From contig CAZJXH010000004.1 in assembly GCA_964549475.1 (NCBI GenBank), forward strand, positions 1 to 34,924: 34,924 bases of DNA, given 5' to 3'. Source of the stretch: an uncultured Oscillospiraceae bacterium. Lineage in GTDB: Bacteria; Bacillota; Clostridia; Saccharofermentanales; UBA5734. Positions 8,714 through 16,632 of this stretch are shown piece after piece. The notes under the pieces were generated by a model that worked only from the letters and a program-made list of their open reading frames with translations, was not told the DNA's origin and ran no database searches. Both the position numbers and the translations under genes were made by a program. How positions within the stretch are numbered: the stretch's first letter is position 1; every line of letters begins with the position of its first letter.

Positions 8714-8980
8714 GAGGGACAGTTCTCTTTTTTCTTCCTCATAAGCTTTTCTGACTGCGACGGCAAGCTGGTCGGAACAGGAGGTATCTCTTTCGTCACA
8801 TTGAATCCCTTTGAATTTCTCCTCGATCTCCTCCACCGTCATTCCTTCAATGATCCGGCTTATCGCCTTCAGATTTCCGTCACAGCCTCCCCGGAAAGAA
8901 ACCTTTCGAATAATATTCCCATCCAATTCAAAGAAAATCATCGATGGGCACACTCCCTCGGTTTCATATTCATGTTTCAT
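8681..8980 (-). CDS. Small four-cysteine protein of the TIGR03905/TSCPD-domain type. Its last ~17 codons and stop codon are encoded by the repeat element.
   Basis: The 99-aa ORF (…FELDGNIIRKVSFRGGCDGNLKAISRIIEGMTVEEIEEKFKGIQCDERDTSCSDQ…) matches the pattern I recall for the TIGR03905 family. The C-terminal …LSLQGNRLRKEMD* is read from the reverse complement of 8681-8722, inside the repeat TIR. Confidence 0.6.
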   Translation of the reverse strand: MKHEYETEGVCPSMIFFELDGNIIRKVSFRGGCDGNLKAISRIIEGMTVEEIEEKFKGIQCDERDTSCSDQLAVAVRKAYEEEKRELSLQGNRLRKEMD

Positions 8981-9021
8981 TGCACTTTACTCCAAAATTC
9001 AATATTCAATGGCTCCATCAT

Positions 9022-11550
9022 TCAGTTTTTAACAATTTTATAGAATATTTTCTTTGCGATTTCAGCTGTCATGATGTATAAAGCCACAATCAGTCCGATG
9101 ATTCCAAGAATCCATGCGGGCAGAGGTTCGAATCCTAGAATTCCTGCAAGTGGTGTGTATGGAATCATCAGCGTGACTGCTACGATCAGCAGCGTGGTCA
9201 TCGCTAAATATTTTCCGGGTCTGCTTTTGAAAAAGGGTTTCCGTGAGCGGATGACCAGAACGATCAGTGCCGCGGAACAAACCGACTCGACAAACCAGCC
9301 CGTTCTGAATTGGATATCGGATGAATGGATCAGCAGCATCAGCGCCGCGAAGGTCATATAATCAAAAATAGAACTGATCAAACCGAAGACAAGCATGAAT
9401 TTTCGGATGAAACGGATATCCCATCTTCGCGGTTTCATGATCATTTCACTGTCAACCGAGTCCGAAGCAATGGTCATCTCCGGAAAATCCGTCAATAAGT
9501 TAGTCAGCAGGATCTGTTTGGGAAGCAGCGGAAGGAACGGAAGAAACAGGGATGCACCCGCCATACTGAACATATTTCCGAAATTGGCACTGGTCGCCAT
9601 GAATACATATTTCAATGTGTTTGCAAACGTTGTTCTCCCGGCAGTCACGCCGCTGATCAGGACTTTTAGATCTTTTTCCAGTAAAACAATGTCCGCTGCC
9701 TCTTTTGCAACATCCGCCGCACTATCCACAGAAATACTGACATCGGCGGCATGAAGCGCCGATGCGTCGTTGATCCCGTCTCCCATATAGCCTACGACAA
9801 ATCCTGCTTTCCGAAGCGCGATAATGATCCGCTCCTTCTGGTTGGGTTCCACTTCGGCAAAAACGGTAATCTGTCTCACCTTTTTGATCAAGGCGGCATC
9901 GCTGGTCTTGTTCAGTTCTGCTCCGGTCAGGATTTTCTCCTCGGATAAGCCGAATTGTGAAATAATATGAGCAGCAATCAGTTTGTTGTCTCCCGTGATA
10001 ATTTTCAATGAAATTCCCAATCGCTTCAGTTTCTTGATTGTTTCGACGATATCCGGTTTTAAAGGGTCATAAAGTGTGATAAATCCTAAAAATGTCATGT
10101 CGGTCTCATGGTCCTTTTCTATCCGTTCATCCTTGTCGAGAATCCGATAGGAAACGCCAAGTGTGCGATATCCTTTTTTGCTGAAGCCCTCGAATTGCTG
10201 CTGTATCTCATCCCGGACAGCAGCGATATCGACAAGTTCGCCGTTCATGTCCTCCGCATGAGTACACACATCCAGAACATTGTGCAGTGCGCCTTTTGTC
10301 ACCATGATTTTGGAATTGGCCTGTTTGTCCGATACCAGGATGCTTAATCTTTTTCGGATGAAATCGTATGGCTGTTCACCCAATTTTTGATAGTTGCTCA
10401 TATCCAACTGTTTGTGGTCGCGGATCGCCTGGTCGATCGGGTTAATGAACCCGGTCTCGAACGAAGCGTTGATATAGGCATACAGGAATGCTTTTTCGCT
10501 TATCCCTCCATCGATGCCATGGGTGGATTCCAGTTTGACCACTCCATCCGTCAGCGTGCCGGTTTTGTCCGAGCAGAAAACATCCATGCTTCCAAAATTT
10601 TCAATCGCAGAAAGGCGTTTGACGATCACTTTGGCTTTTGCCATCGTCTTGGCGCCGTTTGCAAGGTTTATGCTGATAATCGCCGGAAGCAGCTGCGGGG
10701 TCAGCCCCACAGCAAGAGCGAGTGAGAATAGAAAGGAGTCGAGTGCCGGCCTTTTTAAAAAAACATTGATGGCAAAAATGGCAAAAACCAGAATTAATGT
10801 GATTTCCATCAATAGGTATCCAAATGATTTCACGCCTCTTTCAAATTCGGTTTCAGGCGGTTTTTTCTTCAGGCTTTCAGAAATCTTCCCGAATTCCGTG
10901 TTTTTCCCTGTGTGAAGGACAAGGGCTTTCGCGCTGCCGCTGATGATATGTGTGCCCATCCATACGGAATTTTTCCGCTCACCGATAACGGTTTCTCCGG
11001 ATAGGACCCCGGACTCTTTCTCAACCGGAAAGGTCTCTCCTGTCAGAGTCGCTTCGTCCACAAAAAGTGCATTCGACTCGATGATCAGCCCATCCCCCGG
11101 AATAATATCCCCTGCCTTCAGCAGCACCACATCGCCAGGTATCACTTCCGATACTCCGACGATAAGCGGCACGCCTTCCCGAAGCACCGTCGCCTTGATT
11201 TGAACCACCGCCAATAATTTATCCACAGCGGAATTCGCCCCGTATTCCTGCCAGAATCCAAGCAGGCCGCTGGCCAGCACAATCGCAAGAATAATGAACG
11301 CATCCAGTGTATCGCCCAGATAAAAAGAAAGCCCGATGGCAAAAAACAGGATCAGGATGATCGGACTTTTGAATTGTGCAAGTAAAAGTAAAAAAGTATT
11401 GTTTTTCTTGCTCTTTTTAATAGAATTCACTCCATATTCCAATCGTCTTTTTTTTGCTTCACTATCGGATATTCCATTCACCGAACTTTTTGTCTGTTGG
11501 AACGCGGATTCAACCGTCTCCGCCCAGAAAAATTCGTTTCTCTCTTCCAT
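9022..11550 (-). CDS. mgtA: Magnesium-translocating P-type ATPase (MgtA family, P-type IIIB). The likely start is the ATG at 11548-11550 rather than the ORF-track start at 11682.
   Basis: CSDKTGTLT phosphorylation motif, GDGINDASALHAADVSISVDSAADVAKEAADIVLLEKDL…TFANTLKYV…FLPFLPLLP…ILLTNLLTD, and a C-terminal …MKPRRW… block all match E. coli/Salmonella MgtA segment by segment. A GAAGGGA RBS precedes the internal ATG (MEERNEFFW…). Confidence 0.88.
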   Translation of the reverse strand: MEERNEFFWAETVESAFQQTKSSVNGISDSEAKKRRLEYGVNSIKKSKKNNTFLLLLAQFKSPIILILFFAIGLSFYLGDTLDAFIILAIVLASGLLGFWQEYGANSAVDKLLAVVQIKATVLREGVPLIVGVSEVIPGDVVLLKAGDIIPGDGLIIESNALFVDEATLTGETFPVEKESGVLSGETVIGERKNSVWMGTHIISGSAKALVLHTGKNTEFGKISESLKKKPPETEFERGVKSFGYLLMEITLILVFAIFAINVFLKRPALDSFLFSLALAVGLTPQLLPAIISINLANGAKTMAKAKVIVKRLSAIENFGSMDVFCSDKTGTLTDGVVKLESTHGIDGGISEKAFLYAYINASFETGFINPIDQAIRDHKQLDMSNYQKLGEQPYDFIRKRLSILVSDKQANSKIMVTKGALHNVLDVCTHAEDMNGELVDIAAVRDEIQQQFEGFSKKGYRTLGVSYRILDKDERIEKDHETDMTFLGFITLYDPLKPDIVETIKKLKRLGISLKIITGDNKLIAAHIISQFGLSEEKILTGAELNKTSDAALIKKVRQITVFAEVEPNQKERIIIALRKAGFVVGYMGDGINDASALHAADVSISVDSAADVAKEAADIVLLEKDLKVLISGVTAGRTTFANTLKYVFMATSANFGNMFSMAGASLFLPFLPLLPKQILLTNLLTDFPEMTIASDSVDSEMIMKPRRWDIRFIRKFMLVFGLISSIFDYMTFAALMLLIHSSDIQFRTGWFVESVCSAALIVLVIRSRKPFFKSRPGKYLAMTTLLIVAVTLMIPYTPLAGILGFEPLPAWILGIIGLIVALYIMTAEIAKKIFYKIVKN

Positions 11551-11606
11551 TCTATCCCGTCCCTTCTTTGATTCTGATTTATTGCATTTTGCACCATCAA
11601 TTCCCT

Positions 11607-12026
11607 CTATTGCTTTATAATCATATGCGCGCCAACTGCAATAACTAATAAAAATGCAACGATGCGGTGTGTTTTCAGCCATACTGCTTTTAAATTTTTA
11701 TTGATAAAAGCCCCATACATTCCTAACCCCCCGAGAGTCATCATAAGAATCGCAGATATGATTCCGGTGATTCGGATATTGTCTGTCGAAAAAGCGATGG
11801 CGAAATGGGTCAATAAAGATGCGATGGCGATAATCCCGGCTGTTTTATGATATTTAACAATGACTTTCATGACCTTCCGATAAAAATCTGCAAATTGCTT
11901 TTTATCTTTCCCCAATTTCATAATAAATCTTTTATGAATTAATTTTATAAAATAATTCAAAATGGCTATCCCGAAACTGATTGCTGTTATCGTCCCCAGA
12001 AGTTCAATTACATCTTTTGCTGTCAT
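11607..12026 (-). CDS. Small polytopic membrane protein (139 aa, ~4 TM), uncharacterised, immediately upstream of mgtA.
   Basis: Hydrophobic helices are visible (ITAISFGIAILNYFI, IIAIASLLTHFAIAF, ISAILMMTLGGLGMYGAFI, IVAFLLVIAVGAHMII). It lies 57 nt from the mgtA start and 36 nt from the DUF1003 stop. Confidence 0.5.
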   Translation of the reverse strand: MTAKDVIELLGTITAISFGIAILNYFIKLIHKRFIMKLGKDKKQFADFYRKVMKVIVKYHKTAGIIAIASLLTHFAIAFSTDNIRITGIISAILMMTLGGLGMYGAFINKNLKAVWLKTHRIVAFLLVIAVGAHMIIKQ

Positions 12027-12061
12027 TTGGTCTTTTACTCCTTGTGTTTATTCTTTCTGGT

Positions 12062-12622
12062 TTATTTTGACTCTTCCTTGCCGGTGATATCCTTGATTCC
12101 ATTGTTCCCATCGCCCAGAGCCGCCTCATTGCTCCCAATGCCCCCATTGTTTACATTATAGGTGGTTTTATTGAAATTGATGATAATCTCATCCTGTTTC
12201 TGTTCCAGACTTTTAAGCTTATTGATGAGTTCTTCAATCAGAATTTCCGATTTCAAATTGATCTCATAATCGTGCTCCGCCCGGATCCGGTCTTTTTTCT
12301 CCTGCCGGTTCTGGCTCATCATGATGACCGGAGCTTGCAATGCGGCAACACAAGAAAGAATAAGATTCAATAGAATAAAAGGGAATGGATCGAATGGTTT
12401 GGCAAACAGCTGAATGGAGTTGATGATAATCCATACAATTAAAACACTGACAAAAATGGAGATGAATGTCCAGCTTCCGGCGAAATCCGCCAGTTTGTCC
12501 GCCATCCTCTCTCCTGTAGTAAGACTCTCCTCGTGCAGGTCGTTGATGTTCCTTGATTTCTTGCATGCCGCCAATTCTTCGATGCTTTTGTATTCGAGTT
12601 CTTTTTTCATTGAAGTATCCAT
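12062..12622 (-). CDS. DUF1003-family membrane protein.
   Basis: The central region ADKLADFAGSWTFISIF…LIVWIIIN…PFDPFPFILLNLILSCVAALQAPVIMMSQNRQEKKDRIRAEHDYEINLKSE fits the conserved DUF1003 core as I recall it. The C-terminal tail is Asn/Gly-rich. Confidence 0.6.
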   Translation of the reverse strand: MDTSMKKELEYKSIEELAACKKSRNINDLHEESLTTGERMADKLADFAGSWTFISIFVSVLIVWIIINSIQLFAKPFDPFPFILLNLILSCVAALQAPVIMMSQNRQEKKDRIRAEHDYEINLKSEILIEELINKLKSLEQKQDEIIINFNKTTYNVNNGGIGSNEAALGDGNNGIKDITGKEESK

Positions 12623-12666
12623 TCCTTTCGCGGTAATCTTTTCCGTTTTCTTTGATATATATCATC

Positions 12667-12703
12667 ATCTATATTAATATTACCCTTATCTATATTAATA
12701 TTA
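12667..12703. repeat. Two copies of atctatattaatatta (period 21), each with an internal taatatta palindrome, in the divergent intergenic region.
   Basis: 12667-12682 and 12688-12703 are identical. The TCTATAT core recurs in the palindrome at 12889-12910. Confidence 0.6.
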
Positions 12704-12849
12704 AATTATTCCTTCATTATAACCCTTTAACTATATCCTTTTTTTATTATACTTTTCTTTATTTCTGCTATTATGAATTTTACATCAATCCATGACCGTT
12801 TGCACTTTTTTTATTAATTCACACGTTTGTACTTTTTTATAAATTCATA

Positions 12850-12910
12850 TTGACAGTTCTCTATATTCGAACTATACTGAATTCATACGATATAGACGTT
12901 TATCTATATC
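12850..12910 (+). promoter_or_regulatory. Near-consensus sigma-A promoter for the arsR-arsP operon, with a downstream palindromic operator.
   Basis: -35 TTGACA at 12850-12855, a 17-bp spacer, and -10 TATACT at 12873-12878. The inverted repeat GATATAGA-cgttta-TCTATATC lies at 12889-12910, about +5 to +30, which is the classic ArsR/SmtB repressor operator position. Confidence 0.6.
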
Positions 12911-12989
12911 ATTGCCAATATCAGACCATGCGGAAAATAATAATTATAGTACAAAAGAATAGCAGAAATGGAACAGGAGTGGAAATGCG

Positions 12990-13280
12990 ATGACACACAA
13001 AGAATATGTTTTGATTTTCAAGGCGCTGGCGGATGAGACCCGTCTAAAGATCGTGGAGACGCTGTCCGGCGGAGAGTGCTGCGCCTGTAAAATACTGGAG
13101 CAGTTTTCCATCACCCAGCCAACCTTGTCCTATCACATGAAAATCCTGTGCGACAGCGGTCTTGTCGACGGCAGACGCGACGGAGCCTGGATCCGATATA
13201 CCATCAGCGCGCCAAAGCTCGAAGCCGTCCGTAAATTTCTGGATCGGATCGATCTTTCAGAGAAGAAAGAGGAAATTTAA
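12990..13280 (+). CDS. arsR: ArsR/SmtB-family metalloregulator with a Cys-rich alpha3 site (GECCAC).
   Basis: A 96-aa winged-HTH protein (…ADETRLKIVETLSGGECCACKILEQFSITQPTLSYHMKIL…). Three clustered Cys sit where As(III)/organoarsenical-sensing ArsRs carry their thiolate site. Its stop overlaps the arsP ATG (TAATG at 13278-13282). Confidence 0.85.
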   Translation: MTHKEYVLIFKALADETRLKIVETLSGGECCACKILEQFSITQPTLSYHMKILCDSGLVDGRRDGAWIRYTISAPKLEAVRKFLDRIDLSEKKEEI

Positions 13281-14284
13281 TGTTTATTTTTGAATGGCTG
13301 AATAATCAATTACTAAAAATGGATTGGCTGAATGCGCTGATCCGGCTTTTGGTTGAAAATGTGTTTGGTCTGAATGTCAATGAACAGCTGGGCGGAAGCG
13401 TCCATTTTTTCCTATATGATACGGTCAAAATTTTTATTCTTTTATCTTTTTTAATTTTTATCATTTCCTATATCCAGAGTTTCTTCCCGCCTGAACGCAC
13501 GAGGAAGATCCTTGGCCGGTTCAGCGGCCTTGCCGCTAATATCCTCGGCGCGCTTCTTGGAACCATCACGCCTTTTTGTTCCTGCTCCTCGATTCCTATT
13601 TTTATTGGATTTACCAATGCAGGACTGCCCCTGGGCGTCACCTTTTCTTTCCTGATCTCCTCCCCGCTTGTGGATCTGGCTTCGGTTCTTCTCCTTGCCA
13701 GTATTTTCAACTGGAAAATTGCCATCGCGTATGTGGTTGTCGGGCTCATTCTGGCCGTTATTGGCGGAACGGTCATCGGGAAGGCGAAACTGGAGGATTA
13801 TGTGGAGCCTTTTATTTTCAAAAACAAGGTCCTTGATGTGGTACAGGCGAAACTGTCAAGGCGTGATCGGATCAACTATTCCAAAGAACAGGTTTTTTCT
13901 GTCATCCGCAAAGTCTGGCTTTATGTGCTGATCGGCGTTGGAATCGGCGCATTGATCCATAACTGGATACCGGAAAATGTCATTGCAGCCGTTCTCGGAC
14001 AGGACAAATGGTATTCTGTGATCATTGCAACCATTGTCGGCGTACCGATGTATGCGGATATCTTTGGAACCCTTCCTATTGCACAATCATTGGTTGAGAA
14101 AGGAGTCGGGATCGGAACGGCGCTTTCTTTCATGATGGCAGTGACGGCGCTTTCTCTTCCATCCATCATTATGCTCAAGAAAGTTGTGAAAACGAAACTA
14201 TTAGGGATTTTTGTCGGGATTGTAACAGTCGGCATCATCATCATCGGATATGTTTTCAATGCATTCGGGTGGTTATTGTTATAA
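13280..14284 (+). CDS. arsP: ArsP-family permease (PF03773, organoarsenical/methylarsenite efflux permease type).
   Basis: A 334-aa polytopic membrane protein with the diagnostic TPFCSCSSIP motif (GTITPFCSCSSIPIFIGF) in which the two Cys of ArsP are essential. It is arranged as a two-halves permease. Confidence 0.8.
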   Translation: MFIFEWLNNQLLKMDWLNALIRLLVENVFGLNVNEQLGGSVHFFLYDTVKIFILLSFLIFIISYIQSFFPPERTRKILGRFSGLAANILGALLGTITPFCSCSSIPIFIGFTNAGLPLGVTFSFLISSPLVDLASVLLLASIFNWKIAIAYVVVGLILAVIGGTVIGKAKLEDYVEPFIFKNKVLDVVQAKLSRRDRINYSKEQVFSVIRKVWLYVLIGVGIGALIHNWIPENVIAAVLGQDKWYSVIIATIVGVPMYADIFGTLPIAQSLVEKGVGIGTALSFMMAVTALSLPSIIMLKKVVKTKLLGIFVGIVTVGIIIIGYVFNAFGWLLL

Positions 14285-14354
14285 TAATTTCACCGGATCC
14301 AATTATTTATATGAAAAAGCAGAAAACAACGATAGAAATCAGGAGGATCTTATC

Positions 14355-14597
14355 ATGGTCATTAAAATTTTAGGCTCAGGGTGCAAAAACTGCATCACAC
14401 TCACCGAAAACACCAAAGCGGCTCTTTCCATACTCGGCGTCCATGCAGAAATCGCCAAAGTGACCGACTTTGCAGACATCGCTGCATTCGGTGTCATGTC
14501 CACTCCCGCGCTAGTCATTGATGAAAAAGTCGTTTCCTTCGGAAAAGTGCTCAAACCAAAAGAAATTGTAAAAATTCTTGAAACGATGTCCGTATAA
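14355..14597 (+). CDS. Small thioredoxin-fold protein (TIGR00412 'redox-active disulfide protein 2' type), CxxC.
   Basis: MVIKILGSGCKNCITLTENTKAAL…VMSTPALVIDEKVVSFGKV (80 aa). An AGGAGG RBS lies 8 nt before the ATG at 14355. The longer ORF-track start at 14250 lacks an RBS. Confidence 0.75.
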   Translation: MVIKILGSGCKNCITLTENTKAALSILGVHAEIAKVTDFADIAAFGVMSTPALVIDEKVVSFGKVLKPKEIVKILETMSV

Positions 14598-14733
14598 AGA
14601 TTAATCCCTCATTATTTGTACGGAACTCCAAGCCAGGGCTGGTAAACAACAAATTATTAAAGCGCCATAAGCAAGAAAATTGAAACAGAAAACAATCAAA
14701 CAGATTTTTAATTTTTACAAGGCTAAAGATCGA

Positions 14734-14762
14734 TTGAAGGATGAATTTTCCTGTGATATTAT
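14734..14762 (+). promoter_or_regulatory. Candidate sigma-A promoter for the CoADR-rhodanese operon, upstream of the MITE insertion.
   Basis: TTGAAG (14734-14739), a 17-bp spacer, and TATTAT (14757-14762). It is followed by an imperfect palindrome TATGAG-n14-CTCATA (14764-14790). Confidence 0.4.
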
Positions 14763-14803
14763 ATATGAGTGCAAATGCATACGCTCATAAACAGGATTGG
14801 AGG

Positions 14804-14945
14804 CAGGGCAATCGCTTCCGAAAAGAAACGGATTAGTAGCAGATGGAATGCAACATGGGGACGGTTCTTGTGTTGCATAAACGAAATAAAATGAAATATA
14901 AGAACCGTCCCCATGCTCCATTTCTTTTCGGAAGCAATTGCCCTG
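14804..14945. mobile_element. Complete MITE-like non-autonomous element of about 142 bp. It has 25-bp terminal inverted repeats, a nested internal hairpin and 9-bp target-site duplications. It is inserted in the 5' UTR of the CoADR-rhodanese gene.
   Basis: Left TIR cagggcaatcgcttccgaaaagaaa (14804-14828) and right TIR tttcttttcggaagcaattgccctg (14921-14945) are reverse complements, 24/25. Perfect direct repeats GATTGGAGG flank them at 14795-14803 and 14946-14954. The inner hairpin is tggggacggttctt / aagaaccgtcccca. There is no ORF inside. The right TSD supplies the GGAGG RBS for the ATG at 14962. Confidence 0.75.
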
Positions 14946-14961
14946 GATTGGAGGACGAAAT

Positions 14962-16632
14962 ATGCGAATCATTGTAATTGGCGCAGTCGCTGCTGGCACC
15001 TCTGCCGCGGCAAAAGCACGAAGAAATACAGAAAACGCAGATATCATCATTTATGAGAAAGACCGCTTTATTTCTTATTCTGGTTGCGGCATGCCCTATT
15101 ATATTGGTGGAGTAGTGGAGCGTTCCGATGATCTGACACCACGGGACCCTGCATTCTTCAAGAGTAAATACAACGTGGATGTCTTTATTTTACATGAGGT
15201 ACTTTCGATTCATCCGGATAAGAAAATCTTGGAAATAAAAAATCTCTCCACTGGCCAAGTATTCACGGATACCTATGACACCCTTATTCTTGCCACCGGT
15301 GCAAAAGCTGTTGTTCCACCAATTAAAGGGGTTAACGGTTCGAACGTTTTTATGCTGCGCAATATCAACGATATGAACCGGATTCATTCTTTCATTGAAT
15401 CGAAGAAACCACAATCTGCGGTGATCATCGGCACAGGTTTCATCGGCCTCGAGGTTTGTGAAAACTTGAAAAGACTCGGGATTGATATAACTATGATTGA
15501 AAAGTTGCCGCAAGTCACACCGGGACTTGATGATGATATGGCCGGTTATGTGGAAGAACATCTTGAAAAAAATGGGATTTCTGTTCTGACTTCTGTTTCT
15601 GCAGAAAAAATCACCGCGAACGGAGTGATATTATCGGACGGTTCCTCGGTCGATGCGGAAATGATCATTGTATCCGTAGGAATTCGACCCGAAACGGAGC
15701 TTGCTAAGCAAACAGGAATTGAACTTGGCATATCCGGTGCCATCAAGGTTGACAAGAAGATGCGAACAAACCGGAAAGATATTTTTGCCTGCGGAGATTG
15801 CATCGAACAATTTCATGTTGTCACAGGGAAACCTGTTTATCGTCCATTGGGGTCTACTGCGAACAAAACGGGTCGAATCGCAGGAGATTGTGCAACGAAC
15901 GGCAGTCTTGAATTTCGAGGAATACTTGGTACTGGAATTTTTAAAGTTTTCGATTTGGCAGTTGCTCAAACCGGACTGTCCGAACGCGAAGCGCTGGAAC
16001 AAGGATATGACGTTGCTGTCTGCCATAATATCAAACCGGACAAGCCGGAATATATGGGAGGAAGAGAAATGGTCATCAAAGGCATTGCCGACAAAGCGAC
16101 CGGGAGACTTCTGGGAGCCCAGATCGTCGGGTTTGAGGGAGTCGATAAACGGATTGATGTTTTCGTAACAGCTATTACCTTTAAGGCAAACGTCGAAGAC
16201 CTGTTCCATCTTGATCTGGCTTATGCACCGCCTTTTTCCACTACGAAAGATCCGGTCATGTATACCGGCATGATCCTGGACAATGCCATCCACCGATCCA
16301 GGCCATTGATAACGGCGCAAGCGCTGGACGCCCTGATACAATCCGGTGAAAAGGTTGAATTGATTGATGCAAGAGTCTCTTCCCAGTATGGGAAAGGACA
16401 TATCGGCGCAGCGGATTCGATTCCCCATACAGCCCTGAGAGAAGCCGCAGCGAACCTGGATCCGAATGTCTTTACCGTGACATACTGCAACAAAGGAGTC
16501 ACCGGGAACGCTGCGCAGAATATTCTGATCAATCGGGGCTTTAAAAAAGTATACAACCTTTCGGGTGGACACGAACAATTTAAAAAATTCATGATTAAAA
16601 ACAGCAAGAAACCAGGTGGAAATAATAGTTGA
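14962..16632 (+). CDS. CoA-disulfide reductase / NADH-dependent persulfide reductase fused to a C-terminal rhodanese domain (CoADR-RHD).
   Basis: The N-terminus MRIIVIGAVAAGTSAA (FAD GxGxxG) and redox Cys in SYSGCGMPYYIGG are as in CoADR/Nox. A second NAD(P) fold (AVIIGTGFIGLE) is present. C-terminal ~100 aa form a rhodanese domain with the active-site loop TYCNKGVTGN. The ORF-track start (TTG 14938) lies inside the repeat. The ATG at 14962 has a GGAGG RBS. Confidence 0.85.
   Translation: MRIIVIGAVAAGTSAAAKARRNTENADIIIYEKDRFISYSGCGMPYYIGGVVERSDDLTPRDPAFFKSKYNVDVFILHEVLSIHPDKKILEIKNLSTGQVFTDTYDTLILATGAKAVVPPIKGVNGSNVFMLRNINDMNRIHSFIESKKPQSAVIIGTGFIGLEVCENLKRLGIDITMIEKLPQVTPGLDDDMAGYVEEHLEKNGISVLTSVSAEKITANGVILSDGSSVDAEMIIVSVGIRPETELAKQTGIELGISGAIKVDKKMRTNRKDIFACGDCIEQFHVVTGKPVYRPLGSTANKTGRIAGDCATNGSLEFRGILGTGIFKVFDLAVAQTGLSEREALEQGYDVAVCHNIKPDKPEYMGGREMVIKGIADKATGRLLGAQIVGFEGVDKRIDVFVTAITFKANVEDLFHLDLAYAPPFSTTKDPVMYTGMILDNAIHRSRPLITAQALDALIQSGEKVELIDARVSSQYGKGHIGAADSIPHTALREAAANLDPNVFTVTYCNKGVTGNAAQNILINRGFKKVYNLSGGHEQFKKFMIKNSKKPGGNNS

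Noticed and set aside
11551-12990. Expected M-box (ykoK) Mg2+ riboswitch upstream of mgtA
   Set aside because: There are only 57 nt between the upstream gene and mgtA, and the larger upstream intergenic region is AT-rich without the conserved GC-rich M-box helices. I could not find one.
14715-15050. 111-aa minus-strand ORF spanning the MITE and the CoADR start
   Set aside because: It overlaps the palindromic element and the well-supported CoADR N-terminus, and there is no RBS. It is an ORF-finder artefact of the palindrome.
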